Positions 24,001 through 36,300 of a stretch of DNA of 36,300 nucleotides are shown here, piece by piece. The translations under genes were made by a program, and so were the position numbers. Within the stretch, counting starts at the first letter, position 1; every line of letters starts with the position of its first letter. The notes under the pieces are model-generated. The model had not been told where the DNA came from. It did not search any database and saw only the letters and a list, made by a program, of their open reading frames with translations. This DNA is from Veleropilina oligotropha (lineage: Eukaryota), in assembly GCA_048128005.1 (NCBI GenBank), contig JBEUKZ010000115.1:496001-532300 (forward strand). The letters run 5' to 3'.

Positions 24001-24960
24001 CCCGTCCCGCTGACCAGCTCCTACTGGACCCTGCTTGCTGATATTCATTGTTCATTCCTGGTTATTTGTCTGCGATTCCTGCAATTATTGGAAAGATACG
24101 AGTAAAATTACTTCATAAAATCCGATTCCGGAGAATTCCGATTTTCACGTAATGTAAATAGGATATCCAGGAAAAGTAATTTTCAACCTTCTTTTAAATG
24201 TATCGTACATCTGACAGTACAACTCGGGCCACAAATATCTCAAACAAAAGCTGAGAAAACTCGGACCAATGGTTGGAAACTTGGGATCCGGACCACTGTA
24301 ATCATACATTAAGATTGCCTACCAACGCTAACGAGGTCCATGTGTCTGGGTTTGTAATCAGAGGTGTTCTCCTAAAGACATACTGCCTTCCAACGCTAAC
24401 GGGCCCCATCTACCCGGGTTCTAATCAGAGTTGACCATCTCATAGACTATGTCGGCCCACGGCGCCTTCTTCTGCATTATTCGGGACACAATGAGGGATC
24501 CCATATCCATCACCCAGGCGCGCGCATCATCTCCGTGTTGTCCCGACGCAAGGTCTACAATATAAGGCCGAAGATAAGTGGTAACGTTGTCTTTATGAGT
24601 ATGGTGATCATATGCTAATAATCTTTAAGCTGATATTAACTCACAAATTAAAATAACTTGATTAACCTACCACATACAGTTTACTTGTTGATGAAATCGT
24701 GTGGCCTATATATTTTCTCGATATATCGGAGCGACGACTCGAAGTATAGCCTAGTTTCTGTACAAAGTAATATATAGTAGGCCTACAACCTGTTTACTTA
24801 AGAGATAACCTACAAGGTTATGACCCTGGATTTACTACAATTTTACCAAGGACTTGACCATAACGTCGTATGAAATATTCATTATAATATTTTCTATCCA
24901 TCATCTTTATGAAATAATAGGGCGAATCTTCGACATTTATTTTATTTGAATTAGTCAATA

Positions 24961-25123
24961 CTCTGTGCGTGTGTGCATATGCAGCTTTATTACTACTAGT
25001 TTTAACCCGTGCTCTGTGCGTGTGTGCATATGCAGCTTTATTACTACTAGTTTTAACCCGTCCTCTGTGCGTGTGTGCATATGCAGCTTTATTACTACTA
25101 GTTTTAACCCGTGCTCTGCACGG
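24961..25123. repeat. 51-bp tandem repeat, 3 copies
   Basis: Units start at 24961, 25012 and 25063; each contains tactagttttaacccgtg, and the last ends in the hairpin ccgtgctctgcacgg. Confidence 0.9.
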
Positions 25124-25309
25124 TGAACTATTGGCTTCATTATTCTCGGTCAACTTTAATATTTAGCTAACATTAGGTTGCGTTATAATAATAATAAACG
25201 TTGGCTACAATTGAACTCCCCCTTGCACCCAGTGGACCCAGCATGCACACTCCCCCTGGTTCCGGATGAATAAGACAAAAAATGTAAAATCTAAAGATCT
25301 TGATTTTAG

Positions 25310-25735
25310 TAGGGGATCCAGAGGCTGAAAAGAGCCATATTTTTGGATCAACATGACACCGTCTCCTATACTTTTTAGACCTTGTTTATTTGTTAGAAGG
25401 ATACCCCAGAATACATAATCAAGAGGTCTGCTCGGCCGTTTGGATTGCGAAAAAAATGTATTAGATGACGTGCGATCAAATTTTGGAAAAATGATTAAAT
25501 CTTAAATTATCATATGTATGGAATAAATATGTCAAAATTTTAGTATACGGCTAACTTTTGGTGTATGCAACTTTGATTGTATATATATGCAACAAATAAC
25601 AATGAGTTTCGTGGTGGGAGAGTTTAAAAAATAATTAAAAAGTTCAATTTTGAGTTACAATAATTGGAAATAACCACTAATGTTCCCCATTTTACTGCAA
25701 TGTTATGATGAAAAGTCTGGTTACTTCTCATTAAC
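25310..25735 (+). repeat. Left arm of ~420-bp diverged inverted repeat (partner 32690-33102)
   Basis: gataccccagaata..caagaggtctgctcggc(c/g)gtttggattgcgaaaaaaa and flanks align to the reverse complement of 32690-33102. Confidence 0.85.
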
Positions 25736-25752
25736 GAAAAATACAATACACT

Positions 25753-27720
25753 AACAAGGGCAATCAGAGGAGATTGCAAACCCTCGCCACGGGGCCAAGG
25801 AAGAGAATGGTGAAAGTCATAAATATCTACGATCAATATTTCTAAACATGAATTACAATCTTAAAAATGTAATCACAAATTATAAAACAATTAAGGAATA
25901 ATAAAACTTAAATGTAATAAAAAATATTTTGCACCTAACGGGATTCGAACACATGACCTCAACATTACTCGGCAACGGTTTAACCTATTTGGCTACACGG
26001 ACATATCTAATTATTTCTGCTAATTGAGTCAATTTATATTTGGTGTTAGATTTTTGTATTTGCAAATTTTGCCAAAGTTGACAATACTTAAGTCGCAATT
26101 ACTCAATAGTTACTACAGCGAAATACCTGAAATTTTCAAGAAAGGTACTTTACGGTATCCTTGCTTAATGGTGTAATTTATATCAAGGCGTTAGCAGTAT
26201 TTAAAGAGCTATCACACATATCGCAACGTCTCGATGATTTTAACTTCGAAACAAAAATTATTGCTAGGGACACCCATGGCACATAAAAATCTTACTAAAT
26301 CCACAATCAACACTATGGTGATGTGTCGTGGTGAAAACAGTCACCATATGGAAGATATATTACTATAATTAATCACTCACCCATACGCTAAAATAGAGTT
26401 AGAACTCATTTCTTTCCACACACTTGTCGACTATGTTCGCTGTTTATGACTGCTAACGGAAGTGCAAGTTTGAGGACTTACTGTCGGGGTTATATGAAAA
26501 AGTTGGATTGTTAAAAAATTCGGGTTGCGGACAATAATGCTATGCAACACAATAAGTGGCTTAAATTACGAAAATTTTCGCACTAATACGCAATCCGCAT
26601 TTTTGATGATACAAAATTTTAAATTATAATCAAATGAATGTGATGGATCCTTTGACGGCGAAAAAACCAATTCAAAACGATCTATAATTAGTATTAAAAT
26701 ATTTGACCTTCTAAAAAATTGGTCAAAAAATATATCTTTTATACAAAATCAAAGTATACAATAATATACTGGGACCTCACGATAATACATATGAAGTTGT
26801 ACAATAACCTTACAAAATAAATTCACCCGCTCAAAATCTTGTCCGATCGGAAGAGATATTAAATGTCCACTGCCGTAAAATAGGTTTTACATCGTTTTAT
26901 AGATATTTGGCTGTACGAGAAATTCTACTTCCGCGATGTCCCTCAGATTAATTTTATTCTAGAAGAATGTGCGAGACTGTAATACCCTCGTTATGGAAAA
27001 ACACCTCACTGAAATCATTTCACAGGTGAACGTTGCCAGGTAAAGGTGTCCCTATTATTGCTACAAATTCGCTCAAACACATAAAGTATATCGATAAGAA
27101 TTGTAGTTAATGTCCCACTCTGTCACTTGGTAAAATTTGAGGTGTCTGGTTTCAGTGGTTGCATATTTACGGCATTTATTTGCATTTTGCTTTGGTTGAT
27201 TTCAAAAATGCTTATAAAGTTCACATTTCACATTATTTTCAAAATAATTTTGCATATTTCACTATAATTTCATCAGGACTATGATTTGCATAGCGCATTT
27301 ACACAATTGAATTCGATTTGGCGAAATTATATAATTTGATCACCTATTTTTAAATTTTTTAATTCCCTGGCTGCCATCTTGTGTGAGGTAGATTCTATAC
27401 AATTCATGTTGTCATTGACCCCTGATCTAAAGAACATTTTGAACCTAATTTGAAGTTTGTACGATGAAGCGTTTTAACGTTACTCCCGAAAATCCGTAAA
27501 TCGGATATTGCGTCATAAAATCCGAACACGGATGACAATCCGGACCATCTTCGAGGAGGACCGAGCCACGAAGAAATAATATCTTGTGTAAAAAGTTCAA
27601 GTAAATCGGAGCAATAGTTTTCGAGTTATGCGAATGGACATACATACATACATACAGACAGACATACATACGGAGCCGATTGCAATACCCTCGCCTCTCC
27701 TCCGGAGGCGAGGGTAATAA
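25753..27720 (-). mobile_element. HINE-like element family 2 with ~1.6-kb internal extra sequence
   Basis: Ends aacaagggcaatcagaggagattgcaaaccctcgcc and gattgcaataccctcgcctctcctccggaggcgagggtaataa, (CATA/GACA)n, one core repeat at 27430-27640. Confidence 0.72.
25931..25997 (-). other. tRNA-like fragment (SINE head or tRNA pseudogene)
   Basis: gtagccaaataggttaaacc..gtgttcgaatcccgttaggtgc has A and B boxes but no intact cloverleaf. Confidence 0.5.
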
Positions 27721-27729
27721 TAAAGATAT

Positions 27730-30700
27730 CAAAATGATCCCCAAATAATTTATATAGGTTATATTTTTTCGAGATCCCTCGTAGGTAGTAACATGACGTA
27801 CTCCAAGATGGCCGCCATCGAATAGTGAAAGTATCCTGTACAGCATATCTTTGCGGCCAGAATTGATATATACACGAATAATGTGTCGCTTTGTTTGTTT
27901 TAAAAAAACAGGAAACCGATTCGGCAATTTATCTTTCAAAAAATTACAAGCAAATGGCTTTGACGGGCATATATATGTGTTAAAAAATTGAGAAAATCCA
28001 TGATAATATTTTTTGATCTCATACCTTTACAGTCAGGTTAGATAAATACGTAAATGACGTGTCGTTTTACATGTTTTCATATATGAGGAAGCCAATTCTG
28101 CTATTTATATTTCAAATACTACAATAAAATCAATCTGATCAGGCATATACATACGTCTGAAATTTGATTGATTCGAAAGTGAAAACGTATAAATATTCCC
28201 TCGCCTATTTTTATCCGATCTTTTTCGTGTACCTGGTAATAAATAATCGATTTTATGATTACATGTGCCATACCATATTCTCGTGACGTGAATTATATAA
28301 CTGTACAGTGATATATGGAGCCTACATTAAAAGAGGGAGAATTCTCCGCCCCCTAAATAGGTGAAATCTGAGTTTGAGTCATTTTTAAAAAAAACAGTGA
28401 ACCAATTCAAATTTATGTCGAATCCATCAATTTCGATAATCAAGGATATTATTGAGGATGCTTGTAATCGTTGCGTATATGGCAAGAGTATAAGTCAGAG
28501 TATGTTTGACTAAATAGCAGTCTTCATTGTTTCTCTGCAGAAAATAGAAGTATTTTGGTAAAGAAATTGTGTGATTTGTCAAGAATGTCATAAAGCGATA
28601 TTGAACAGTGTTATAATGATTTTCAGCTCTTTTGAAAGCTGAAACTGAGCTCAGATCAATCACCAAGGCTCACCAAGATCTAGACAATAACTAAAATTTA
28701 GAAACTGAATTGAACAATACTACTAGAAGTATTGTGATCAATGATATTCATCAAAAATATGTAAACTTATTTTCAGGTAATTAGTTCCTTTGTTTATTTG
28801 TTTGTTTGTTTATTCGATAAAGAAGGTAAATTCACTATATCAGGATGACCCAAGAAAGTTCAAAAGCTTATTTCCATTGGGGTTCTCCTAACTGACAATC
28901 CTCGGTATAAGATGTATCTAACACAACTGATCCTCGATATTCATTTCAGTAGATAATCAGCGATTATCGATAGTTAAACATACAAAAAGGATCAAAGTGT
29001 TGGTGAAACACCATTGTGTGAAAGCTAGCTGTTACCAAAGCAGGAACGGCACTTTGGAGCTCACTTAAGTTTTGGATTATGACCTTGATGTATACAAAAA
29101 TAAAAGATCTAAGTCACTTTCATGTAAACTTGCAGATCTATATCGAACATCACCACATCAAAGGCTTGGAAATTGAAACATGCATTACAAATGTCGTGTT
29201 GAAGCAAATGCAGTTAGTCGGATGCATTTGTCTGCCACTGTGGTTGGTACAATGATGTTATCAGTATTGTGTGGATTCTGGTACATCGGAAACCTCGAGT
29301 GACGTCGTAGTTTTTGCGGCGGATTAATCGCGAGAACGAAGTTCGAGCGATTTATCCGCCGCAAAAACTACGACGTCACGAGAGGTTTCCGATGTACCAG
29401 AATCCACACAATAACTGATAACATTTTTATTATATGCCACAACAAGTTTCTTATTAAATTGAATCGAAAGATTATGGTAATTTTAGTCACGAATCTGTAA
29501 GGGAGGTTGAAATAGTATAGAACTATATTGGAAGTAGTTCCTACGATTTGTCAGCCATTTTGAATATATAAGCAGGAGACGTTTTCTGAATCGATATCAG
29601 CTGTGTCCGTGATACAGGGTCTCGGAAAACTGCGCGAGAATAGGCGTCAGAAAACGACTGGCATATAATAAATGCCAGTTTCTTAAGTCTGGTTTGAATT
29701 AGACAACGTCGACTTTCTGAAATCAACCCTTTGTGGTATGAAGAACATGTTTTACGCTACACCAATATGCATTATTCTGTGTATACTGACAATTCGCCAA
29801 TGATGTCACCAAGTGATCGTGATTGATCTTTGAAAGGTTAAACTTTGCATAATGTTGTTGACTGAATAATGTTGAGCCGTAAAAAAGTTAGATTCAATGG
29901 AACGAATGAGAGATTGCATGTTTATACCGGCCATAGGTCTGAATAAGAAAACATTTATAGCTTTAAATACACAAATAGCACGGGTGGCCCTCAATGTCTT
30001 GCTATCATCCATCAATCACAGGAGTGGCAGAACCAATGTTGCTTTTGTTCCTCCGTTAATCCGATCACCCTACACTGACATTTACATATTATACATAGCA
30101 TCACAACTCGTGTTATAAAGGTGTTAACTTGTTTAACCTGGTTATGAAGCTGTTGGTGGAACGCAACGACATCAGGGAGCAGCTTCTATTTCGGTCTCGA
30201 AAAGTGAATATTCTGTTTGGGCTTTAGCAGCGTTTGAAGAGTACGTGGAATCCACTAGGCCTGGTATGGGTGGAAGCTAAACTGCACTCATCAGCAACGG
30301 TCAACCATAACTTATTGCCATTGGCAAGCATATATGTATATCACTGAGGGCTACCCTCATTGTTCTATACAATATGTATAGTTTTTTATGACGGAAACCG
30401 AAGAGAAGGCATTCTTGAAACAGTCATCCGTTCCTCTGGAAAAGGCATATCGCAGCGACATAAATGAAGGAAACAGCTAAGCAGCACCGGGAACTCTGGA
30501 AATAATTCATGAAAGGAAGTTCTGGGGAGATATGAAAGCTGAGGATGACATCAATAATATTCAGATCATGTATTGAGCAACAAAACAGTACATATAATGT
30601 CAATAGGGGAATTGTAGGAATAAGTAGAAGGCGCTTAATAATATTTCCTCAGAGTGATCCGTCACTATACGAATTTGCGAAATAATAGGGTAGTAATGAC

Positions 30701-31860
30701 AATGAGAATGGAACATAATCTCATGAAGTCACAGGGTGGATGGTGTCCCGAATGGTGAAGAATGTTTCCAAGTTCACTGTGATGTTCAAAGAGCATGAAG
30801 ACCCTTTCCAGCAATACAAATAATAGGACGACGTACACGACCTGATTAGCAAAGTGTCCAAATACATCAAAGAATGGGACCAGATTAACCATTTGTCATC
30901 GAACGTCTAACTGAGGGACGAAATGCAGAAAGAAAAATTGGAACATTGTAGGTGGTAATAGTTAAATACCATCGCATAGAGGCCAAAAACTGGTGAAAAT
31001 TAAAGAAGAACTTAGACTTTTCCAGAGGTTCATGGTCATCTCACGATGCTGACTAGTGGTAAACGTAAAGAATGCGGTGGACCGAATGAATTTGACATTG
31101 TCTATTTGCGTCTGGTGATTCACAATCGTTGGCCTATATGAAGGACCATAATCCTTTTTGGGGCGGTGTATGGATCCTTCTTGGTATTTAATGGTACTTA
31201 CTAAACACTTAACATTGTTGATATATGTTTTCGAGATTAGCAATAATCCTTGGAAAATTTGTGTATACTGAAACAAAGCCGGAAATAACATTTATCCTTG
31301 GAAGCTGTCCATTTTGATACCTATATATCATCCATTTTGATTTTTTCGGAAAAGAACAAAGGCACAATATATATATGTCTGCCAACTTGATTTGGTTGTA
31401 CTATTTTGAAAGAATTGTCTTCTGCGTATTTGAAAACATATAAAGTGACATATTATTCACGTATCTATCTTATCTGTCTGTAAATATAAGAGATCAAGAA
31501 TATTTTCATTATTTCATAGCGGTCATCTTGAATTTCGTTAATTTTGAACTTCATTTGTTTGCAATTTTTTAAAGAATAATGGCAGAATTGGCCTCCTAGT
31601 GTCCGAAAACATATAAAGAGACATATTATTCATGTATCTATCTCATCTGGTGGCAAAGAGATGAAACCAAAATATTTTTCGCGATTCCATGGCGGCCATC
31701 TTGGATTTCATGAACTTACTACCTATTTGGGTCTCGAAAATATTGTAACCCTATTTTTTTCTTCTTACTTATATTATTTTAAACCATTATCAAGTGATAA
31801 CTCACTTTTAACAAACAAAATACACGAATGTCCATTTAATGACATAAAGACCTACACTAA
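27730..31860 (+). mobile_element. Decayed Academ-like DNA transposon
   Basis: Diverged long inverted repeats 27750-27950 and 31560-31755 (shared ccaagatggccgccat core); right end ..acctacaCTA; internal remnant 30750-31090 reads RMVKNVSKFTVMFKEHEDPF..IKEELRLFQRFMVISR..VNVKNAV..EF. Confidence 0.6.
29255..29424. repeat. 170-bp near-perfect hairpin (Crypton-like terminal palindrome, tentative)
   Basis: atgttatcagtattgtgtggattctggtacatcggaaacctc.. is mirrored exactly; loop region cgagaacgaagttcgagcg. Confidence 0.85.
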
Positions 31861-31917
31861 AACATTATGAGTATAATATTCGGGTCTTTTTCCCCATAGG
31901 AGGTAGGCGGTCTCATA

Positions 31918-32257
31918 GCAGCCGTGGTCCAGTGGTAGATGCACTGGCCTCTCACTGGAGAGGTTTGGGGTTCAACCCCGATCCCGGCGACTTCCCTTGG
32001 GCAAGGAATTAAGCATATATTGCCTTTTCACCCAGCCGATTTGAGATCTAAATGGGTACCTGGTTGGCAGTGACAGAATTGTCAGAATGACTGGTCAAGC
32101 GCCTAACAGGCATGTACTTGGCCGTAATACTCTCAGAGAGAGTTGAGAAGGAATATTGAATGAACAGGCCAATAACCAGGGAATAATAATGTAAGCGCTT
32201 TGAGGACGCATCTCGTATGTGTGGGAAAGCGCAGATAAATCTTCACATTATTATTAT
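31918..32257 (+). mobile_element. tRNA-derived SINE with central conserved domain and L2-type tail
   Basis: A box tggtccagtgg, B box ggttcaacccc, ccttgggcaagg and cacccag..aaatgggtacctgg central motifs, tail gtaagcgctttgag..gaaagcgcagataaat..(att)n. Confidence 0.85.
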
Positions 32258-32689
32258 ATATATGTTTCTTTGATCGGTTATGCTCTTAAACAAGTGATTC
32301 TGGTTGCGATATGACTAGATAATTGCTAAAATGTGTCTTACCACAAACAACATTAAAGCAATCAATCGCATAGGCCTACACATAATTTAATATTAATGAA
32401 TGTCAAGGGGGGGGGGGGGTCCGGACTCCCTGGATCTACTTGTTCATGTATATCATAAGCTGCATAATATTATGTATATATATGCTTGACCAAGAAATGT
32501 GAAGAAACATATGTGAAGAGTAACTTAAATAGTTAATGATCAATTTCAAAATGAAATTGGTATCATGCAGTTTTGATTTAGCAACTGAGGAAATATTTTT
32601 GGGGGAAATTTGTTTTCTTAGTTTAAAGAGTAATGAGTGTGTATAATTTTAATATCATTGTAATTGTACTTATATCTTGATTAGCTATT

Positions 32690-33102
32690 AAAGAGAAAAG
32701 ACTTTTAGCCATAACTTTGCCGTAAAATGAGGGACATGTATGTCAATTTCAGACCCAAAATTGTAACGAATAGTTATTTTTCCTGGTACCCTGCCTTGGA
32801 ACTCATTATTATTTGTTGCATATATACAGTCAACGTAATGTCCACCAAAAATTAGCCATAGACTACAATTTTGACCTATTTATTCCATAAATGTGATCAC
32901 TAAAGATGAGATCATTTTTTGCAATATTTGGGTCACACGTCATACCACCTTTCACCTAATAATTTTTTTTCGCAATCCAAACCGCCGAGCAGACCTCTTG
33001 AATATATATTCTGGGGTATCATTCTTACCAAAAAACAAGGTTTGAAAAGTATAGGAGGCGGGGCCATGTTCATCCCAAAATATGCCTCTTTGATCCCCTA
33101 CT
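32690..33102 (-). repeat. Right arm of ~420-bp inverted repeat (partner 25310-25735)
   Basis: Reverse complement aligns to 25310-25735. Confidence 0.85.
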
Positions 33103-33339
33103 ATTTTTACTTTTCGGCAACTCGTCAATTTGACACCAAGATGGCAAATATGTGTCTCTCGGTAAATAAACACCAACTGCGTATTTATATATAAGATTAT
33201 CGGTTTTTATTTATCTGAAACGAATTTCTCCATCGACACAGTGTTGTCAAAGTAACCACCAAAATTTCTTAGAAATTCGCTTCAGTTTATTTCTTTACTC
33301 AAATACGGAAGTCGAAATTTGTACATCAGGGATGTCTTA

Positions 33340-33700
33340 TCTGATGTTGAATATAACAAATTCGGTTTTCTCATCATTGAGTTTCAACATGTTTGTGCTA
33401 TCCAATGAATTTCTGAAACACAAAACTCTGACCAGTACTTACCTCGATCATTTGGGTTAAATGCAATATATATATTTGATTGTCAGCTGCAAAAACAGGA
33501 TAGTACAGATTGTATATAGATGCAATCTCCGCTACGGGAGGGACATGCATCGAAAACAGAATATGACCTAAGACAGGGCCTTGTACCACACCATATAGGG
33601 GGGAAGCAGTGTCATATTTAAATCTCATTATGACGACGATACGCTTTCGATAATCTAGTTATGTCTTAATGACTCCATGAAAGAGCTTTTATACCTTGAA
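33340..33700 (-). pseudogene. L2-clade LINE reverse transcriptase fragment
   Basis: YGVVQGPVLGHILFSMHVPP..VFAADNQIY (degenerate GVPQGSVLGP and YADD), followed by LKLNDEKTEF. Confidence 0.8.
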
Positions 33701-33714
33701 GGTACGGTGATTAA

Positions 33715-34159
33715 AGAGACTATTGCCCGTAAATGCGCTCTTTCTTTTTTAAAAAGAAAACTAACCGCATTACATTTTTTGTTTATAACATAAAAAGTTA
33801 GAAATTTTCAACACTCAACTTTCGTCAGTAATTTGCTTTCGTTTAAATTAATCGCTACTGAATATTTAAGAATAATTAAACGCGGTCCGCGATTAATTAC
33901 CTCGCACCTAGTGCATTTCCAATTGACCTAGTTGGAGCACAGTTGTGTAGGTTTCTGCTCGTAAAGTACGATAGCTTTCTACTTGACAATAACATATAGT
34001 GCCCAGTTACAATAATAATTTCAATAAAAGTCTATCATTAGATCATATATCGATCATGTTTTCGCGAAATTTGTATCAATATTCGCGAACCGTGCGATAG
34101 AGGGTGATCAGTCATGCTACACAGTCACGAAAAGAGCGCATTTACGGGCAATATTCGCT
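33715..34159. mobile_element. Kolobok-like MITE copy 2 (complete)
   Basis: TTAA-agagactattgcccgtaaatgcgctcttt ... aagagcgcatttacgggcaatattcgct-TTAA. Confidence 0.85.
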
Positions 34160-34862
34160 TTAAGTGGAATTTTGTCATCAATATTACCCAATGTCACATG
34201 CAAGTCAAGAATGACATTGAAGGATATATGAAATATGGAAATCACCACATCGCATACGCAGAATAAATTTACGAATATATACATTTTAAATATATTCCAA
34301 GCCAAAAAAGTATTTCATTAACATGGAAATTGCCACAAATATGCTTGTATCCGATGAAACTTTTCCCCGCGGCCTGTGATCTTGCAACCGGGCATCACGC
34401 CATAACAGCGCATTGCGTTGGTTTAAAGAATATTTATTGACATGCAAGTAAAATTACATACATTTTTCATATATATTCGTTGATGATCTAACAACAAAAT
34501 ATCCTTATGTCAAGTTATCTCCTCACATGCATAAAATAACATAAACGGATATTCAAATGATATACATATAAAATAATATTGTTTGCCAATATTGAAAAAT
34601 AATAGTGCTGGTTGTTGTTATTCACTTCATGAATTATATAATTTGCTTGCCTACGCAAATCGCTTGCTTAATACAATAAATCTTTGTACAGTATGGAAAA
34701 TCTCTAAGTTAATATTTTCTGTGAGTAAGGGGTTACCGTTCAAAAGCACATGCGTTGTATGATGTTGAGGTGGACCCTATCTCGTGTAAGATTTAATGGT
34801 TGTTGAGATATGCTCGCGGACACACACACGCATATGCGTCCTGCGTTAAGACCACTTTGAAC

Positions 34863-35683
34863 GAGCGTGTTTCCGAAACAATCCCGACATATCTAAGAAG
34901 TAGAGGCCTTGTCGTGCCAAACCCATTTCCGCAAGCCAGCTATATGGATCGCTGCCACAGTTAGATCCGAGAAGTTTCTGCCCGTCTGGATCCTGCATAT
35001 ACGAAGCCAGGGATCTCTGACCGTCTGGATCCTACATATACGAAGCCAGGGATCTCTGACCGTCTGGATCCAGCATATACGAAGCCAGGGATCTCTGACC
35101 GTCTGGATCCTGCATATACGAAGCCAGGGATCTCTGACCGTCTGGATCCTGCATATACGAAGCCATGGATATCTGACCGTCTGGATCCGGCATATACGAA
35201 GCCAGTGATCTCTGACCGTCTGGATCCGGCATATACGAAGCCATTGATATCTGACCGTCTGGATCCGGCATATACGAAGCCAGGGATCTCTGCGAGCGTG
35301 TTTCCGAAACAATCCCGACATATCTAAGAAGTAGAGGCCTTGTCGTGCCAAACCCATTTTCGCAAGCCAGCTATATGGATCGCTGCCACAGTTAGATCCG
35401 CGAAGTTTCTGCCCGTCTGGATCCTGCATATACGAAGCCAGGGGTCTCTGACCGTCTGGATCCTACATATACGAAGCCAGGGATCTCTGACCGTCTGGAT
35501 CCAGCATATACGAAGCCAGGGATCTCTGACCGTCTGGATCCGGCATATACGAAGCCAGAGATCTCTGACCATCTGGATCCGGCATATACGAAGCCAGGGA
35601 TCTCTGACCGTCTGGATCCGGCATATGCGAAGCCAGGGATCTCTGACCTTCTGGATCCTGCATATACGAAGGCAGGGATCTCA
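34863..35683. repeat. 39-bp minisatellite in a 431-bp higher-order duplication
   Basis: Unit gatctctgaccgtctggatcctgcatatacgaagccagg; two blocks (8 and 7 units), each preceded by the same ~119-bp leader at 34863 and 35294. Confidence 0.95.
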
Positions 35684-36046
35684 GAACAAGTAGAATGAAT
35701 AGTCACAGTTGTCATGGAGGGTGGGTATCACCAGGTAATGTATTTCTCCATTAAAAGCTCCAGGCATCTGTCGTTTCTTTTTGGTATCACCCACCGTGAT
35801 GCACAGGTCTTCCTGATGTATCACTAACATCCAGAGATTGAGCATGCATATGAGTGATATCATGTACCATGCATGAATAACATCCTCGATGTCGCGATAA
35901 ATCTCTGTGCCAATGCTAATAAATATGAATTTCATATCCCGCATCAAATTTCTATTTTGCAAGATGATAACACTAATTATCTGACTTATGAATATATTGT
36001 TCGACACAGGTTATCAAGTCCTGATACAGTCATATGGGTGTATCAT

Positions 36047-36056
36047 TATATATATA

Positions 36057-36126
<70 letters not shown>
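36047..36126. repeat. (TA)n microsatellite
   Basis: Directly visible. Confidence 0.95.
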
Positions 36127-36129
<3 letters not shown>

Positions 36130-36300
36130 AATATAATTTGTTTGGGTTTAGAAAGCTCATTACTGTAACTCATATAAAAAACCCTTGAAGTTGTCTTGTC
36201 CTCTATAACCTGCCCTGCTTCTTAAAATGCTCATCTAGGAGATTTTTAAATTGGTTTACAGATGTTGATTCCACTACATTATTAGGAAGATCATTCCATT

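Noticed and set aside
25931..25997. Functional tRNA gene
   Set aside because: Acceptor and anticodon stems do not pair properly.
34863..35683. Leader plus repeats resembling CRISPR
   Set aside because: Head-to-tail 39-mers without spacers.
35681..36007. 108-aa ORF or KDZ/Zisupton transposase remnant (MHAQ..SGR..ETTDAWSF in a shifted frame)
   Set aside because: The resemblance is weak and needs several frameshifts; it cannot be supported without a profile search.

Overview
AT-rich eukaryotic (animal, probably invertebrate; mollusc-like repeat content, inferred) genomic DNA made mostly of transposon relics. It holds one intact host gene, a five-coding-exon cytosolic sulfotransferase on the minus strand (18557..13618, 280 aa, all GT-AG junctions in phase). 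Around it are a dead Tc1 (DD34E) element, a 5'-truncated Penelope-like element whose inverted terminal repeats carry minimal hammerhead ribozymes, CR1-group and L2 LINE fragments, tRNA-derived SINEs, two Academ-type transposase remnants, several Helentron-associated (HINE/DINE-like) satellite-carrying elements, Harbinger-, Kolobok- and AcademH-like MITEs, a foldback element and microsatellites. The most unusual item is a degraded reverse-transcriptase element at about 3950-5517 whose RT motifs look hepadnavirus-like (HEART/nackednavirus type) rather than like a typical LTR or DIRS RT. All family calls come from motif recognition by eye; no database search was run.
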